Source of the DNA: Dehalococcoidia bacterium
GTDB lineage: Bacteria > Chloroflexota > Dehalococcoidia > DSTF01 > RBG-16-68-14
DNA length: 64,000 nucleotides
NCBI GenBank assembly: GCA_040882355.1
Contig: JBBEBM010000060.1
Span: forward strand, 1-64,000
Direction of reading: 5' to 3'
Shown here: piece after piece, positions 1-9,291 of the stretch
Numbering within the stretch: the stretch's first letter is position 1
How the letters are laid out: each line of letters starts with the position of its first letter
Notes under the pieces: generated by a model
What the model was told of the DNA's origin: nothing
Seen by the model: only the letters and a program-made list of their open reading frames with translations
Databases searched by the model: none
Program-made: the position numbers and the translations under genes

Positions 1-1
1 G

Positions 2-61
2 GAGCTGCGTCTCAACGGCGAGGCGATCGTCGCCCTCGAGCGCCTCAGCGCCGGGCTGTAG
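2..61 (+). CDS. 3' end of a gene entering from the left edge (ELRLNGEAIVALERLSAGL*)
   Basis: Open frame with GC3-rich codons ending TAG at 59-61; product not identifiable. Confidence 0.35.
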   Translation, partial: ELRLNGEAIVALERLSAGL

Positions 62-67
62 GGTCGC

Positions 68-541
68 CTACCGGTGAGGCGCGCCCTGCGCTTCGCGCCA
101 GGCGTGGTACTCGGGTACCGGCTCGCCGACGACGTAGAGGAAGATGTAGCAGCCCGAGTCGCCCAAGAACTTGAACTGTTTGCGAAGGTCCTTCACGAGC
201 GCGTAGTAGTCGCCGTCGAACGAGCGCAGGTACTTGCGAAAGCCCTTGTACTCGGCGTCCAGGGCGATCATGCGGTTCGCGTTCTCGACGACCGCGGCGA
301 TCTTGCGCCGGTTGCGGATGACGCGCGTATCCGTCGCCAGCGTGTCGATCTCGCGGTCGCTCATGCGGGCGACGGCCTCAGCGTCGAAGCCGCCGAAGGC
401 CTCGCGGGTGCCGGGCCACTTCGCTTCGACGACGTCCCATGACATGCCACTCTGGAAGACCGACTTGCTCATGATCTCCAGGTAGTCGCCGAGGCGCTTC
501 GGCTTGATCTGGGGCGGCGCGCCCTTCTCTCTCTTCGGCAT
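68..541 (-). CDS. DNA-3-methyladenine glycosylase I (Tag)-like protein
   Basis: FQSGMSWDVVEAKW, IRNRRKIAAVVENA and LRKQFKFLG motifs typical of the Tag family; SD-like GAAGGAGGGG upstream. Confidence 0.8.
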   Translation of the reverse strand: MPKREKGAPPQIKPKRLGDYLEIMSKSVFQSGMSWDVVEAKWPGTREAFGGFDAEAVARMSDREIDTLATDTRVIRNRRKIAAVVENANRMIALDAEYKGFRKYLRSFDGDYYALVKDLRKQFKFLGDSGCYIFLYVVGEPVPEYHAWREAQGAPHR

Positions 542-563
542 CTCGATCCCCTCCTTCGTTACA

Positions 564-613
564 GCGACCTGCGGTCGCCCAGGGCGACCAGCCCCTTCGA
601 CTCCGCTCAGGGC
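564..613. repeat. REP-like palindrome plus CCCTTCGAC..GCTCAGGG element
   Basis: GCGACCTGCGGTCGC palindrome, also at 4671 and 5912; CCCCTTCGACTCCGCTCAGGGC resembles copies at 4288 and 6002. Confidence 0.65.
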
Positions 614-628
614 CCCTACGAGGCGCGT

Positions 629-1741
629 TCAGCGTCCTTCCGGCGGGTTCACGTCGACCACGCCGGCCATGCCGGCGAGCGCGTGGATGGTGCAGGCGTA
701 GCGATAGGTCCCGGGCTGGGTAAACGTCACCTCGTAGTAAAGACGCGGCAGGGTGATGCCCATCATGCCGGAGCTGAAGAAGTCATCGGGGCCGAAGCCG
801 GCTGGCGGCGGTGTCTCGCGCTGGGCGTCCGGGTTGATCAGCAGGCGGAACCCGTCACGACCTTCGACGGGCTTAATGATCGGGAACGGCGGCGGGTCCT
901 GGCCCTCAGGTGTGAAGACGACGTTGTGGAAGTCGCGCTCGCTATTCCAGAAGACGACGGTATCGCCCGTGTCGATGTCGAGGCTGGCGGGCATGAAGGT
1001 GAGCACCTGGGCGTGAGGCGTGTCGACGCCAACGCCGACCTCCCATGAGCGCCCATTCGCGGTGACATCGCTCGCGGCGAGGCGCTCCCTCTCCATCGTT
1101 TCCGCCGCTACCCGGGCTTCTTCGACGTAGCGTTCGCGGTCGCGGTCGCCCTGGGCGACGACGGCTTCCGGCGCGGACACCGCGGCGTCAGCGGCATCGA
1201 CGACCACGACGCCGCGCATGTGGAACGGATGGATCATGCAGAGATACGGGTAGACGCCCTCCTCCGGGAAGCTGAGCGAGTACTCGCCCTCGGCGGGCAC
1301 ACCAAAGATGCCGGAGTTCGTGTAGGCGGCGCCGTCGTAGGTGCCCTGAGCCGCGGATGAGAGGGTGACGTTCTGGTTGAACTCCAGCGCCTCGGGCTGG
1401 TCGGGCGCGGGAAGCAGGTAGCCGCCCGGCACGACGTCGCTGAGGGTCATCTCGGGGGGGATGAACGTGATCGTGTGGCCCTCATGCCCGCTGCCGCGCC
1501 AGTGGACTGTGTCTCCCGTGCGGACGCGAACCGTCGCGGGCATGAACTGCTCGATGTCGAACGCGCCCTCGGCCGCGCCCGCAGTCACCTCGAATGTCGC
1601 TGGGCCCGGCGCCGCTGACGCGACCTGCGTGGCGGTTGGGGTGGGCACGGCAGCTTCGTCGTCGCCGTCGCAGGCGAACGCGAGGAGGGCGAGACTTGCG
1701 ATGGCGAACGTGCCGAGGATCAGGCGTCGGGAGCGAAGCAC
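629..1741 (-). CDS. Lipoprotein with two cupredoxin (plastocyanin/azurin-like) domains
   Basis: Lipobox LAFAC; two type-1 Cu ligand sets (GHT...YLCMIHPFHM and FHN...YACTIHALAGM). Confidence 0.8.
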   Translation of the reverse strand: MLRSRRLILGTFAIASLALLAFACDGDDEAAVPTPTATQVASAAPGPATFEVTAGAAEGAFDIEQFMPATVRVRTGDTVHWRGSGHEGHTITFIPPEMTLSDVVPGGYLLPAPDQPEALEFNQNVTLSSAAQGTYDGAAYTNSGIFGVPAEGEYSLSFPEEGVYPYLCMIHPFHMRGVVVVDAADAAVSAPEAVVAQGDRDRERYVEEARVAAETMERERLAASDVTANGRSWEVGVGVDTPHAQVLTFMPASLDIDTGDTVVFWNSERDFHNVVFTPEGQDPPPFPIIKPVEGRDGFRLLINPDAQRETPPPAGFGPDDFFSSGMMGITLPRLYYEVTFTQPGTYRYACTIHALAGMAGVVDVNPPEGR

Positions 1742-1789
1742 AACGGCTCCACCCTACCCAGCACCGACGCGGCTGTCAACGACTCGCGC

Positions 1790-2242
1790 TCAATCGGGCG
1801 GTGGGAAGCGCTGCTTCATAGTGAACGCCTGCGGGGAGGGGCCGCGACGGTGGAGCAGCTCCAGGCGGATCTTGCCCTGCGGGGCGTCCGGGATGTCGCC
1901 GGCCGGCACCCACCAGAGGACGAGCGTCTGGCCGTCCATCGGCTCGAACCACGTATGGCGGGCTGCGTACATCGGTCCGTGATCGCTGCGGTAGGTGAAC
2001 TCGTGGAGCGCCTCGATCGACTCCCAGACCGTCATGTTGATGATGACGAGGGGGTCGTCCGGGTAGGGCCGGATCGACGTCGATGTGTCGTCTTCGGTGT
2101 GGAGGCGCCAGACGAAGCCGGGCGAGCGGTCGCCCAGGTGGTTGAGCTCGTCCAGGCGCGCCGCGAAGCCATGCATGAGCGGGTCGTCGAGCGGCGCCCG
2201 CATGCGCGCGACGTTGTACTGCGCGATGTGGTACGCGGACAT
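1790..2242 (-). CDS. DUF3291 family protein
   Basis: HIAQYNVARMRAPLDDPLM, SPGFVWRL, NMTVWESIEAL and LWWVPAG motifs. Confidence 0.8.
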   Translation of the reverse strand: MSAYHIAQYNVARMRAPLDDPLMHGFAARLDELNHLGDRSPGFVWRLHTEDDTSTSIRPYPDDPLVIINMTVWESIEALHEFTYRSDHGPMYAARHTWFEPMDGQTLVLWWVPAGDIPDAPQGKIRLELLHRRGPSPQAFTMKQRFPPPD

Positions 2243-2292
2243 CGAACGCAGTCTAGCAGGGCGGCTTGAGCGCTGTCAGCGGACTCACCTGC

Positions 2293-2436
2293 TCGCTACA
2301 ATGCGCGAGCCATGAGCCAGCAAGAGCCCGGCCCTGCCCACGCGCCCGAGTTTCCGAGCAACGTCGCCTGGCGCCAGGACGGCCCGCTGACGCTCCGCGG
2401 CCTGCGCGGGGGGCCGGGGCTGCTCGACTTCTGGGA
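2293..2436 (+). pseudogene. Decayed duplicate of the promoter and first ~41 codons of the redoxin gene at 3480
   Basis: Imperfect direct repeat of 3461-3604 (TCGCTACAATGC...ATGAGCCAGCAAGAG...GACTTCTGGGA). Confidence 0.85.
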
Positions 2437-2489
2437 GTGCGCCCACGCTAACGCTGAGTGTGGTCGGCGCATCGGGCTCCGGAGGGACT

Positions 2490-3410
2490 ATGGGCCTCGC
2501 AGCCAGCGACCGTGAGCTGCGCGGAATCATGAACAGCGTCGGCGGAGCGAGGGACTATGTCCGTCGCGAGGTCCTGTGGGAATGGCCGCTGTCACGCGTC
2601 GAACGAGTGCACCTAGATAGGGGCAAGAGCCTGGTCGTAAAGCGATCGCGGCGCCCGATGATCGACGAGGGCCGCATCCTTCGGCACCTCGGCCGAAGCA
2701 ACATTCCGCTGCCCAAGCTGTACCTCTCGTGGGGCAGGGACGGCATCCTGACGATGGTCCTGGAGGACCTGGGGCCGGCGGTCCGAGAGGCCACGTTTCA
2801 GGAAGCGGCGAGCGCGGCGGTGAGGACGCATGCCGCGTCTCCTCCTCCTCGGCTGCAAGTGCTCGATGCCGGCGCGCTGGCTGGGCTGCCGTCGCGCACG
2901 CTCGAAGCGCTCGATCGACTCGAGCGAGCCGGCCGCTGGCAGGATGCCGCTGGAGTGCGATCGACGCTCCTTCGCTTGGAGCCGGTTGCCGAGCGGCTGA
3001 GCGAGGGGGCGGAGTTGCCCCCGTTCGGTCTCTGCCACAGCGAGTTCCATCCCCTCAGCCTGCATATTGGCAGCAAGCGCATCGGACTCGTCGACTGGGC
3101 GAGGGCCTTCGTGGGGCCGGGACTGCTGGACCTTGCTTCCTATAGCGGAACCGTACTCACGCCCGACCCCGCCGCCTGCCGCGCGCTCATCGAGGGTTAC
3201 GTTGCCGAAGGCGGAGCGCCAGAGGCGCGGGCCCCGCGGGCAGGCTTGCCGGCGGAGAGGTGGGCGCTCTTGTGGCACCGAGTCTGGACGGCAGAGTGGT
3301 TCGCGAGCAGTTGCGCGACGTGGATGACCGATACGGGGAAGGACGCCGAGTATCAGGTGACTGTGCTGCGGCACCTTGAGGAGGCCCTGGACCTGGCAGG
3401 GGCTGACTAG
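2490..3410 (+). CDS. Aminoglycoside/choline phosphotransferase (APH)-like kinase
   Basis: LVVKR, MVLEDLG, LCHSEFHP (variant Brenner motif) and LVDWARA; GGAGGG SD before ATG 2490. Confidence 0.7.
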   Translation: MGLAASDRELRGIMNSVGGARDYVRREVLWEWPLSRVERVHLDRGKSLVVKRSRRPMIDEGRILRHLGRSNIPLPKLYLSWGRDGILTMVLEDLGPAVREATFQEAASAAVRTHAASPPPRLQVLDAGALAGLPSRTLEALDRLERAGRWQDAAGVRSTLLRLEPVAERLSEGAELPPFGLCHSEFHPLSLHIGSKRIGLVDWARAFVGPGLLDLASYSGTVLTPDPAACRALIEGYVAEGGAPEARAPRAGLPAERWALLWHRVWTAEWFASSCATWMTDTGKDAEYQVTVLRHLEEALDLAGAD

Positions 3411-3479
3411 TGCGTCGGTGCAGGAAGACCACTGCATCGCCTGTCAACACCGACTACCGGTCGCTACAATGCCCCCGCT

Positions 3480-4517
3480 ATGAGCCAGCAAGAGCCAGGC
3501 CCTGTCCACGCGCCCGAGTTCCCGAGCAACGTCACCTGGCTCCAGGGCGGCCCGCTGACGCTCGCCGACCTGCGCGGGCGGCCGGTGCTGCTCGACTTCT
3601 GGGACTTCACCTGCCTCAACTGCCTGCACACGCTGCCTTACGTGAAAGAGTGGCATCGACGGTATAGCAGCCTCGGCCTGACGGTCGTCGGGGTGCACGC
3701 GCCGGAGTTCTCGTTCGCGCACAACGCCGACCACGTGCGACGCGCGGTCGCCGCGCACGGGCTGCCGTACCCGATCGTTCTCGACAACGACTACGCGATC
3801 TGGCAGGCTTACGCCAATCGCTACTGGCCGGCGAAGTACCTCGTCGATGGCGAGGGCTACCTGCGCTACTACCACTTCGGCGAAGGCGCCTACGACGAGA
3901 CGGAAACCGCGATCCAGACGCTGCTGCGCGAGTCGTTCCCGCAGATCGTGCTGCCCAACCTGATGACGCCGCTACGAGAGACGGACGCGCCCGGCGCGGT
4001 CTGCTATCGCGTGACGCCCGAGCTGTATCTTGGCTACCAGCGCGGGCGCATCGGCAACACGGCGGGCCTCGTGCCCGACAAGCCCGCCACGTACAAGGAC
4101 ATCCCCAAGCACGCCGAGGGCTACTTCTTCCTGGAGGGCGACTGGCTGCTGGGCGGGGAGAGCGCAGCCCGACCGATCGGGGCGATCGGCGACAGCCGGC
4201 TGCACGTGCGTTACATGGCGAAGGAGGTCAACCTCGTGATGATCCCGCCTTACGGCGGCGGCGAGGGCCGCGTGGAGCTGCTCCAGTCCCCTTCGACAAG
4301 CTCAGGGCAGGCTCCCTCACCCCTGGCGATCGAGGACGCCGGCGACGATGCGCGCATCGAAGAAAGCCGCGCCTTCGTCACAGTGGACACGCCGCGCATG
4401 TACCGCCTCGTCAACAACCGCGAGATCGACACGTACGACCTGACGCTCGTCATCTCCAGCGACGGCCTGGCGCTGTACGCGTTCACGTTCGGGAGCTGCC
4501 TGGTACCGGAGGCTTGA
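3480..4517 (+). CDS. Redoxin/thioredoxin (TlpA/DipZ C-terminal-like) protein
   Basis: DFWDFTCLNC, GVHAPEF, NRYWPAKYL and TPELYLGY motifs. Confidence 0.85.
   Translation: MSQQEPGPVHAPEFPSNVTWLQGGPLTLADLRGRPVLLDFWDFTCLNCLHTLPYVKEWHRRYSSLGLTVVGVHAPEFSFAHNADHVRRAVAAHGLPYPIVLDNDYAIWQAYANRYWPAKYLVDGEGYLRYYHFGEGAYDETETAIQTLLRESFPQIVLPNLMTPLRETDAPGAVCYRVTPELYLGYQRGRIGNTAGLVPDKPATYKDIPKHAEGYFFLEGDWLLGGESAARPIGAIGDSRLHVRYMAKEVNLVMIPPYGGGEGRVELLQSPSTSSGQAPSPLAIEDAGDDARIEESRAFVTVDTPRMYRLVNNREIDTYDLTLVISSDGLALYAFTFGSCLVPEA
4288..4314 (+). repeat. Short repeat element lying in frame inside the redoxin CDS (encodes PSTSSGQA)
   Basis: CCCTTCGACAAGCTCAGGGCAGGCTC closely matches the intergenic copy at 6002-6027. 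Confidence 0.7.
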
Positions 4518-4670
4518 GGCTCGCCGTTCGAAGCTCGAGTTAAGTGCGGCGCCCTGCAGCCCTAGCGATATTCCGGCTCGCCGACCCGCGTAGCGACGCC
4601 TCGGTCAGCCGGGGCGGAGTCGCGGGCCACATCGGCCGCCTCGATGGGGCCCGGCCCGGTGTAAGACCCC

Positions 4671-4693
4671 GGCGACCTGCGGTCGCCCCTACA
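4671..4693. repeat. GTAG-type REP-like palindrome
   Basis: GGCGACCTGCGGTCGCCCCTACA. Confidence 0.65.
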
Positions 4694-4710
4694 CCCGCTA
4701 CACCCGCCCT

Positions 4711-5796
4711 CTACGTCTTGTCGAAGTTGGAGAACCTCATCTTGAGGCGGTCCACTGTGGTTCGCCATTTGGGCGCGGTCGGTTTGCAGACAGTGTTCTG
4801 GTTGCCGAACAGGCCGATCTCTTGCACAGCACCTTCGAGCGGCGCAGTCTGGAGCCACTTGACGGGTACGAAGTACTCGCACCGTTCTTCATCATCAGCA
4901 AAATCTCGATGATAGCTGCCGCCTTGGGCAATATCTAGAACTGGCAGTTCCCCTTCGGGAGTCTCCACCTTGAACGTGTTAGCGGGTTGGGCGCTGCCAG
5001 CCACCCGTCCGACTCCGACAAATCCGTATCCTGGGACTTTCACCCATACGCGGTCCCCGGGCGATAGGAGCTGCAGCGTTCTGGTGTACCATGGCCCTCC
5101 TCCACCAGAGATGAACCCGTACTGAACGGCGTCTGCCCAGGACCGCTGTTTGCCGTGTCCAAACGAGGCGTAGAACTCCCCATTCCATGGTTCCTTGGGA
5201 CCGTCAGGTACCGTCGCGCTAACCTGAGCGTGCACGGGATCCAGCAGCCACGCGCGACTAAGTAACTGCTCCTCACCATGCGTGAATACCTGGAAGAACA
5301 GCACGTTGATTGGGATGCCGCGCTCACTGAGGTAGGCTACGATCCGCTCCGTGCTGGCGTCCAAGGACGAGGCAACGACGATGATTTGGTGACTCTGGTT
5401 CAGCGAGTCTTCCTCGAGGTCCAGGCCGAACCGCGTGCGGAAGTCCTCGCTTAGGTTGTGCTCCGGGGCGAAACGTTCGTAAATGGCGACGATGTCTTCG
5501 GCACGGAGTTTCTCAACCCAACTGGCTTAATCCAGTGCCTGCGCCACCACCTCGCGAGGCGTGCGGTCGCGCTTGAGTTCGATGAGTGTGAGTGCGCCGT
5601 CCGGCGCGATGGCCAACAGGTCTATGCGGCCACCGAAGCCTGTGTCCACCTGACGACCAATGAGCATCCACTCTTCGGAGAGCATCTGCGGGGCGGCGAC
5701 GATCATGTCCTCCAGCAGTTGCTCTTTCGCGAGCCACGACTCGGCAAGCGGCTCTGGGCGAGGCAGGACTTTCCAGATGGCGTGTCGAATAGGCAT
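4711..5796 (-). pseudogene. Endonuclease NucS/DUF91-like (PD-(D/E)XK) gene interrupted by one in-frame TAA
   Basis: GRIDLLA...IELKRDRTPREVVAQALD*ASWVEKL; the frame stays open from 5526 into ORF 4711-5364; stop at 5527-5529 where Tyr is expected. Confidence 0.75.
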
Positions 5797-5911
5797 GGCA
5801 CAAGGACTTTAGCGCACTTCTCAGGAGCTGAGGGGCTCAGCTCAGCTCGCTACCGGCAGCGCCTCATCGCCAGGGTCAGCGCAGCCTGGTCGTCGCACAG
5901 CGGCCGGGGGC

Positions 5912-6027
5912 GGCGACCTGCGGTCGCAGGGGCGACCAGATGGTCGCCCCTACAGGTCACCCTCGACTCGTTCCGTCAGCGCAGCTCACTGCCGCCGGTG
6001 ACCCTTCGCTGCGCTCAGGGCAGGCTC
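5912..6027. repeat. Cluster of REP-like elements
   Basis: GGCGACCTGCGGTCGC, GGGGCGACCAGATGGTCGCCCCTACA and CCCTTCGCTGCGCTCAGGGCAGGCTC. Confidence 0.65.
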
Positions 6028-6057
6028 CTCAGATCGAAGTGCTCCAGGCCAAGACAG

Positions 6058-6840
6058 CTATCTTAATTCGCTGCCGCCGGTTACGTTCAAGGCTTCGCCG
6101 GTGATGTTGTCGGCGCGGCAGAGGAAGACGACGGCCTGGCCGATGTCCTCCGGCGACTGAGGGCGGCCGAGCGGCACGCGCTCGCGCACGTAGCGCTCCC
6201 ACGCCTCGTCCTGCGAGCCGCCCTGCGCGCCTGCGAGGGCGGGGAGAAGGACCTCGCGCCACATGGCGGTGTCGACCTCGCCCGGGCAGACGGCGTTGAC
6301 GGTGACGTTGAACGGCGCCAGCTCCAGGGCGAGCGACTGCGTGAAGCCGATCACGCCCCACTTCGTGGTGCAGTAGTGCGCGAGCGCGGGCGCGCCCCGC
6401 CGGCCCGCTTGCGATGACATGGTGACGATGCGCCCGGAGCGGCGCTCCATCATGTGGCCGATGACGGCTTTGCAGCAGAGGAACGTGCCCTTCAGGTTCA
6501 CGTCGACGACGCGGTCCCACTGCTCCTCGCTCATCGCGACGACGGGCGCGACGGAGATGACACCGGCGTTCGCGACGAGGATGTCGATGCGGCCGAAACG
6601 GTCGTGCGCCGCCTGCGCCAGCGCGGAGACCTGCGCCCAGTCCGTCACGTCGCAGTCGATGGCGAGCGATTGAACGCCTTCGGCCTCCGCGAGCGCGCGC
6701 GTCTCCTCCACCTCGGCGCGTAGCGAGGGCAGGTCGGCCACGACGACGCGGGCGCCTTCGCGGGCGAGCGACAAGGCAACGCCGCGACCGATGCCTCGCG
6801 CCCCTCCCGTGACGATTGCGACACTGTCCTTCAGCTCCAT
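6058..6840 (-). CDS. SDR family oxidoreductase
   Basis: TGGARGIG, NAG and YCTTK motifs. Confidence 0.9.
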   Translation of the reverse strand: MELKDSVAIVTGGARGIGRGVALSLAREGARVVVADLPSLRAEVEETRALAEAEGVQSLAIDCDVTDWAQVSALAQAAHDRFGRIDILVANAGVISVAPVVAMSEEQWDRVVDVNLKGTFLCCKAVIGHMMERRSGRIVTMSSQAGRRGAPALAHYCTTKWGVIGFTQSLALELAPFNVTVNAVCPGEVDTAMWREVLLPALAGAQGGSQDEAWERYVRERVPLGRPQSPEDIGQAVVFLCRADNITGEALNVTGGSELR

Positions 6841-7005
6841 CAGTGGCTCCCTTCGTGGCGCGCGCCCCATTCGGCGCAACACCGCCCCATTCTGCACGTT
6901 CCGCCGCTCCTACAGCAACAGACATGGCCCCTGCGCCCTTCGGCGGATAGCGGCTTTGCCCTGTTGTGTCGATACTGGAGTAGGCGCAAGGGGGCCGCCA
7001 CGTCC

Positions 7006-7836
7006 ATGGCAGAACGAATCGGAGACGGACAGATCACTCCAAGCGGCCAGACCTCCCGGGGGGCGCCTCAGGCTGAGACGCCCCTTCCAGAGCGAGTCCG
7101 CGAGACGAGCAAGATCTATCGCAGCTACTATCGCTGGCTGCGACTGAGCCGGCTCTTCATGGGCGTCTTTCTGCTGCTGGCCGCTGCGATCGGGTTCTGG
7201 CTCATCCCGTGGATCCCGAGCGGGATGGACCCGAAAGACTACACTCCGGCGGTGTCATTCACGATCTATCTCCTGAGCGCTGTCGGCTTCATGGGCATCG
7301 CCACGCTCGCGCTGCGCGAACGCGCGTGGCGGCAACGCGAAACGCTGGTCGCCTGGTCCGCCGTGTACGACGAGGCGACCGGGCTTCACCACCGCACGTA
7401 CTTGTACGACCGGCTTTCCCTGGAGTGCGAGCGGGCGGAGCGCACCAGCACCACCTTCTCGGTGCTTCTCCTGCACATCCGCCTGACGGCCCGGCGGGCG
7501 GGTCCGGCGCCGAGCCTGTCAACCACCGCCTTGCAGCAGATCGCCGAGATCGTCAACCCGCTCACGCACCTGGGAGATCTGGTCGCCCTGCTGAGCGGAA
7601 GCGAGCTTGTGGTCGTGACGAACCAGGCCGACCGGGCGGAACGCGACGGACTTCTAGACCGGCTGCGCACAGCAGTGACGGTCGAGCTGCCGGGACTGGC
7701 CGGGGGCGCCGCGATTGTGGGCGTGGCCGGCGGCGTCGGCACCTACGGCGTCGACGGCAAGGACGCGGAATCGCTGATCAAGGCGGCCCGCGCGGCGGCG
7801 GCGCTCGCCGCCCCGCTGCGCACCGCGGCCGCATAA
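7006..7836 (+). CDS. Two-TM membrane protein with a degenerate GGDEF domain
   Basis: Two hydrophobic helices then DEATGLHHRTYLYDRL..ECERAER; the signature position reads SGSEL. Confidence 0.7.
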   Translation: MAERIGDGQITPSGQTSRGAPQAETPLPERVRETSKIYRSYYRWLRLSRLFMGVFLLLAAAIGFWLIPWIPSGMDPKDYTPAVSFTIYLLSAVGFMGIATLALRERAWRQRETLVAWSAVYDEATGLHHRTYLYDRLSLECERAERTSTTFSVLLLHIRLTARRAGPAPSLSTTALQQIAEIVNPLTHLGDLVALLSGSELVVVTNQADRAERDGLLDRLRTAVTVELPGLAGGAAIVGVAGGVGTYGVDGKDAESLIKAARAAAALAAPLRTAAA

Positions 7837-7843
7837 CCACCCT

Positions 7844-7872
7844 TTGACACCCCAGCGCCGTCCGCCTATGAT
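7844..7872 (+). promoter_or_regulatory. sigma70-type promoter
   Basis: TTGACA-17 bp-TATGAT. Confidence 0.6.
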
Positions 7873-7926
7873 CGTTCGTAGGCTCGCCGGGAGACCCTGC
7901 CCATCGCGGGGCCGACGGGCCGAGAG

Positions 7927-9291
7927 TTGGCCATCGAGATATCGTCCTTAGCTCCGCTGTCCCTCTCCGTCCTGGCTCAAGCTGAGACCGTTGGAGGCGG
8001 TCTCAGCGTCCCCTGGAGCGTCGGCCTCCTCGTTGTCAGCGTGCTTGGCTACGCGCTGGTGAACGGCGTTGAGATCGCCATCGTCGGCGCGAGCCGCATC
8101 CGCACCCGACATCTGGCAGAGCAGGGCAAACGCAGTGCGCAGTCGCTGGAGCGCATCCGCGCTCGTGAGGACCGCTTCTTCACAGCTATCGTCCTGTTCC
8201 AGAACCTGTTCGTCGTCATCGCGTCAACCATGGCGGGACTGCTCGCGGTGGACATCGCCGGTGGCTGGGGGCTCATCCTCTCGACTGTCATCGTCACCGC
8301 CGGCCTGGCGCTCTTCGGAGAAGTGACGCCGAAGCTGCTGGCGGTGAGAGCGGCCGACCGGATTGCGCTCGCGGTGGCAAGGCCGACGGAGATGGTAACA
8401 GCGGTGCTCCGGCCGATCACCGCCGTCTTCTCAGCCGCGCCCAACCTGCTAAGCAGGCTGCTCTTCGGCACCGACGCGAGGGTGACGCCCACGGTCTCAG
8501 AGGCAGAGCTGCGCATGCTCATCGACATCGCCGCCGAGGAGGAGGCGGTGGGTGAGGAGGAAGCGGAGCTGATGGAGCGCGTCTTCCGCTTCTACGACCG
8601 ACGCGCCAACGAGGTGCTGGTGCCGCGGACAGAGGTCGTCTGGCTGGAGGCAGGCACGTCCATCGCGGAGTTCTACGGGGTCTTCGACGCGACGCCCCAC
8701 TCGCGCTTTCCCGTCTATCGCGACACGATCGATAACGTCGTGGGCACCGTGAACATCAAAGACGTGCTGCGCGCCGTTGCGCAGAATCGGGCCAGCCCTG
8801 ACACGCCGATCGATGGGCTGATGCGGGCCGCCTACTTTGCCCCCGAGACGAAGCTGATCGGCGCCCTTTTCGTGGAGATGCAGGAGCGCCGGCAGCAGAT
8901 TGCCGTGATCGTCGACGAGTACGGCGGAACGGCGGGCATTGTGACGCTCGAGCTGCTGCTCGAGGAGATGGTGGGACGGGTCGTCGACGAGCTGGGCCGC
9001 CCTGGAGAAGAGTTCCAGACGATCGACGAGCGCACGGTGCGCGTCGACGGCGGCATGAGCGTCCACGAAGCGCGCGAGGAGCTGACCCTGCCGATCCCTG
9101 ACGGCGACTACGAAACCGTCGCCGGCTACGTGCTCGACACGCTGGGCCACATCCCGAAGGCGGGCGAGACCGTTCAGGGCGACGGCTACCGCATCACGGT
9201 GGTCGAGATGAAGGGCCGCAAGATCGAGCAGGTCGTCGTCACGCGGCTGCCCGCGGAAGCCACCGCATCCGAAGAAGACGGTAGCCCATGA
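7927..9291 (+). CDS. Hemolysin/CNNM (DUF21-CBS-CorC) family transporter
   Basis: FGEVTPK, HSRFPVY, IVDEYGGTAGIVTLE and DYETVAG motifs; exact start uncertain. Confidence 0.9.
   Translation: MAIEISSLAPLSLSVLAQAETVGGGLSVPWSVGLLVVSVLGYALVNGVEIAIVGASRIRTRHLAEQGKRSAQSLERIRAREDRFFTAIVLFQNLFVVIASTMAGLLAVDIAGGWGLILSTVIVTAGLALFGEVTPKLLAVRAADRIALAVARPTEMVTAVLRPITAVFSAAPNLLSRLLFGTDARVTPTVSEAELRMLIDIAAEEEAVGEEEAELMERVFRFYDRRANEVLVPRTEVVWLEAGTSIAEFYGVFDATPHSRFPVYRDTIDNVVGTVNIKDVLRAVAQNRASPDTPIDGLMRAAYFAPETKLIGALFVEMQERRQQIAVIVDEYGGTAGIVTLELLLEEMVGRVVDELGRPGEEFQTIDERTVRVDGGMSVHEAREELTLPIPDGDYETVAGYVLDTLGHIPKAGETVQGDGYRITVVEMKGRKIEQVVVTRLPAEATASEEDGSP

Noticed and set aside
5527..5529. Stop-codon recoding in the NucS-like gene
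   Set aside because: TAA terminates other genes in this window and is not a Sec/Pyl codon; mutation or sequencing error is simpler.
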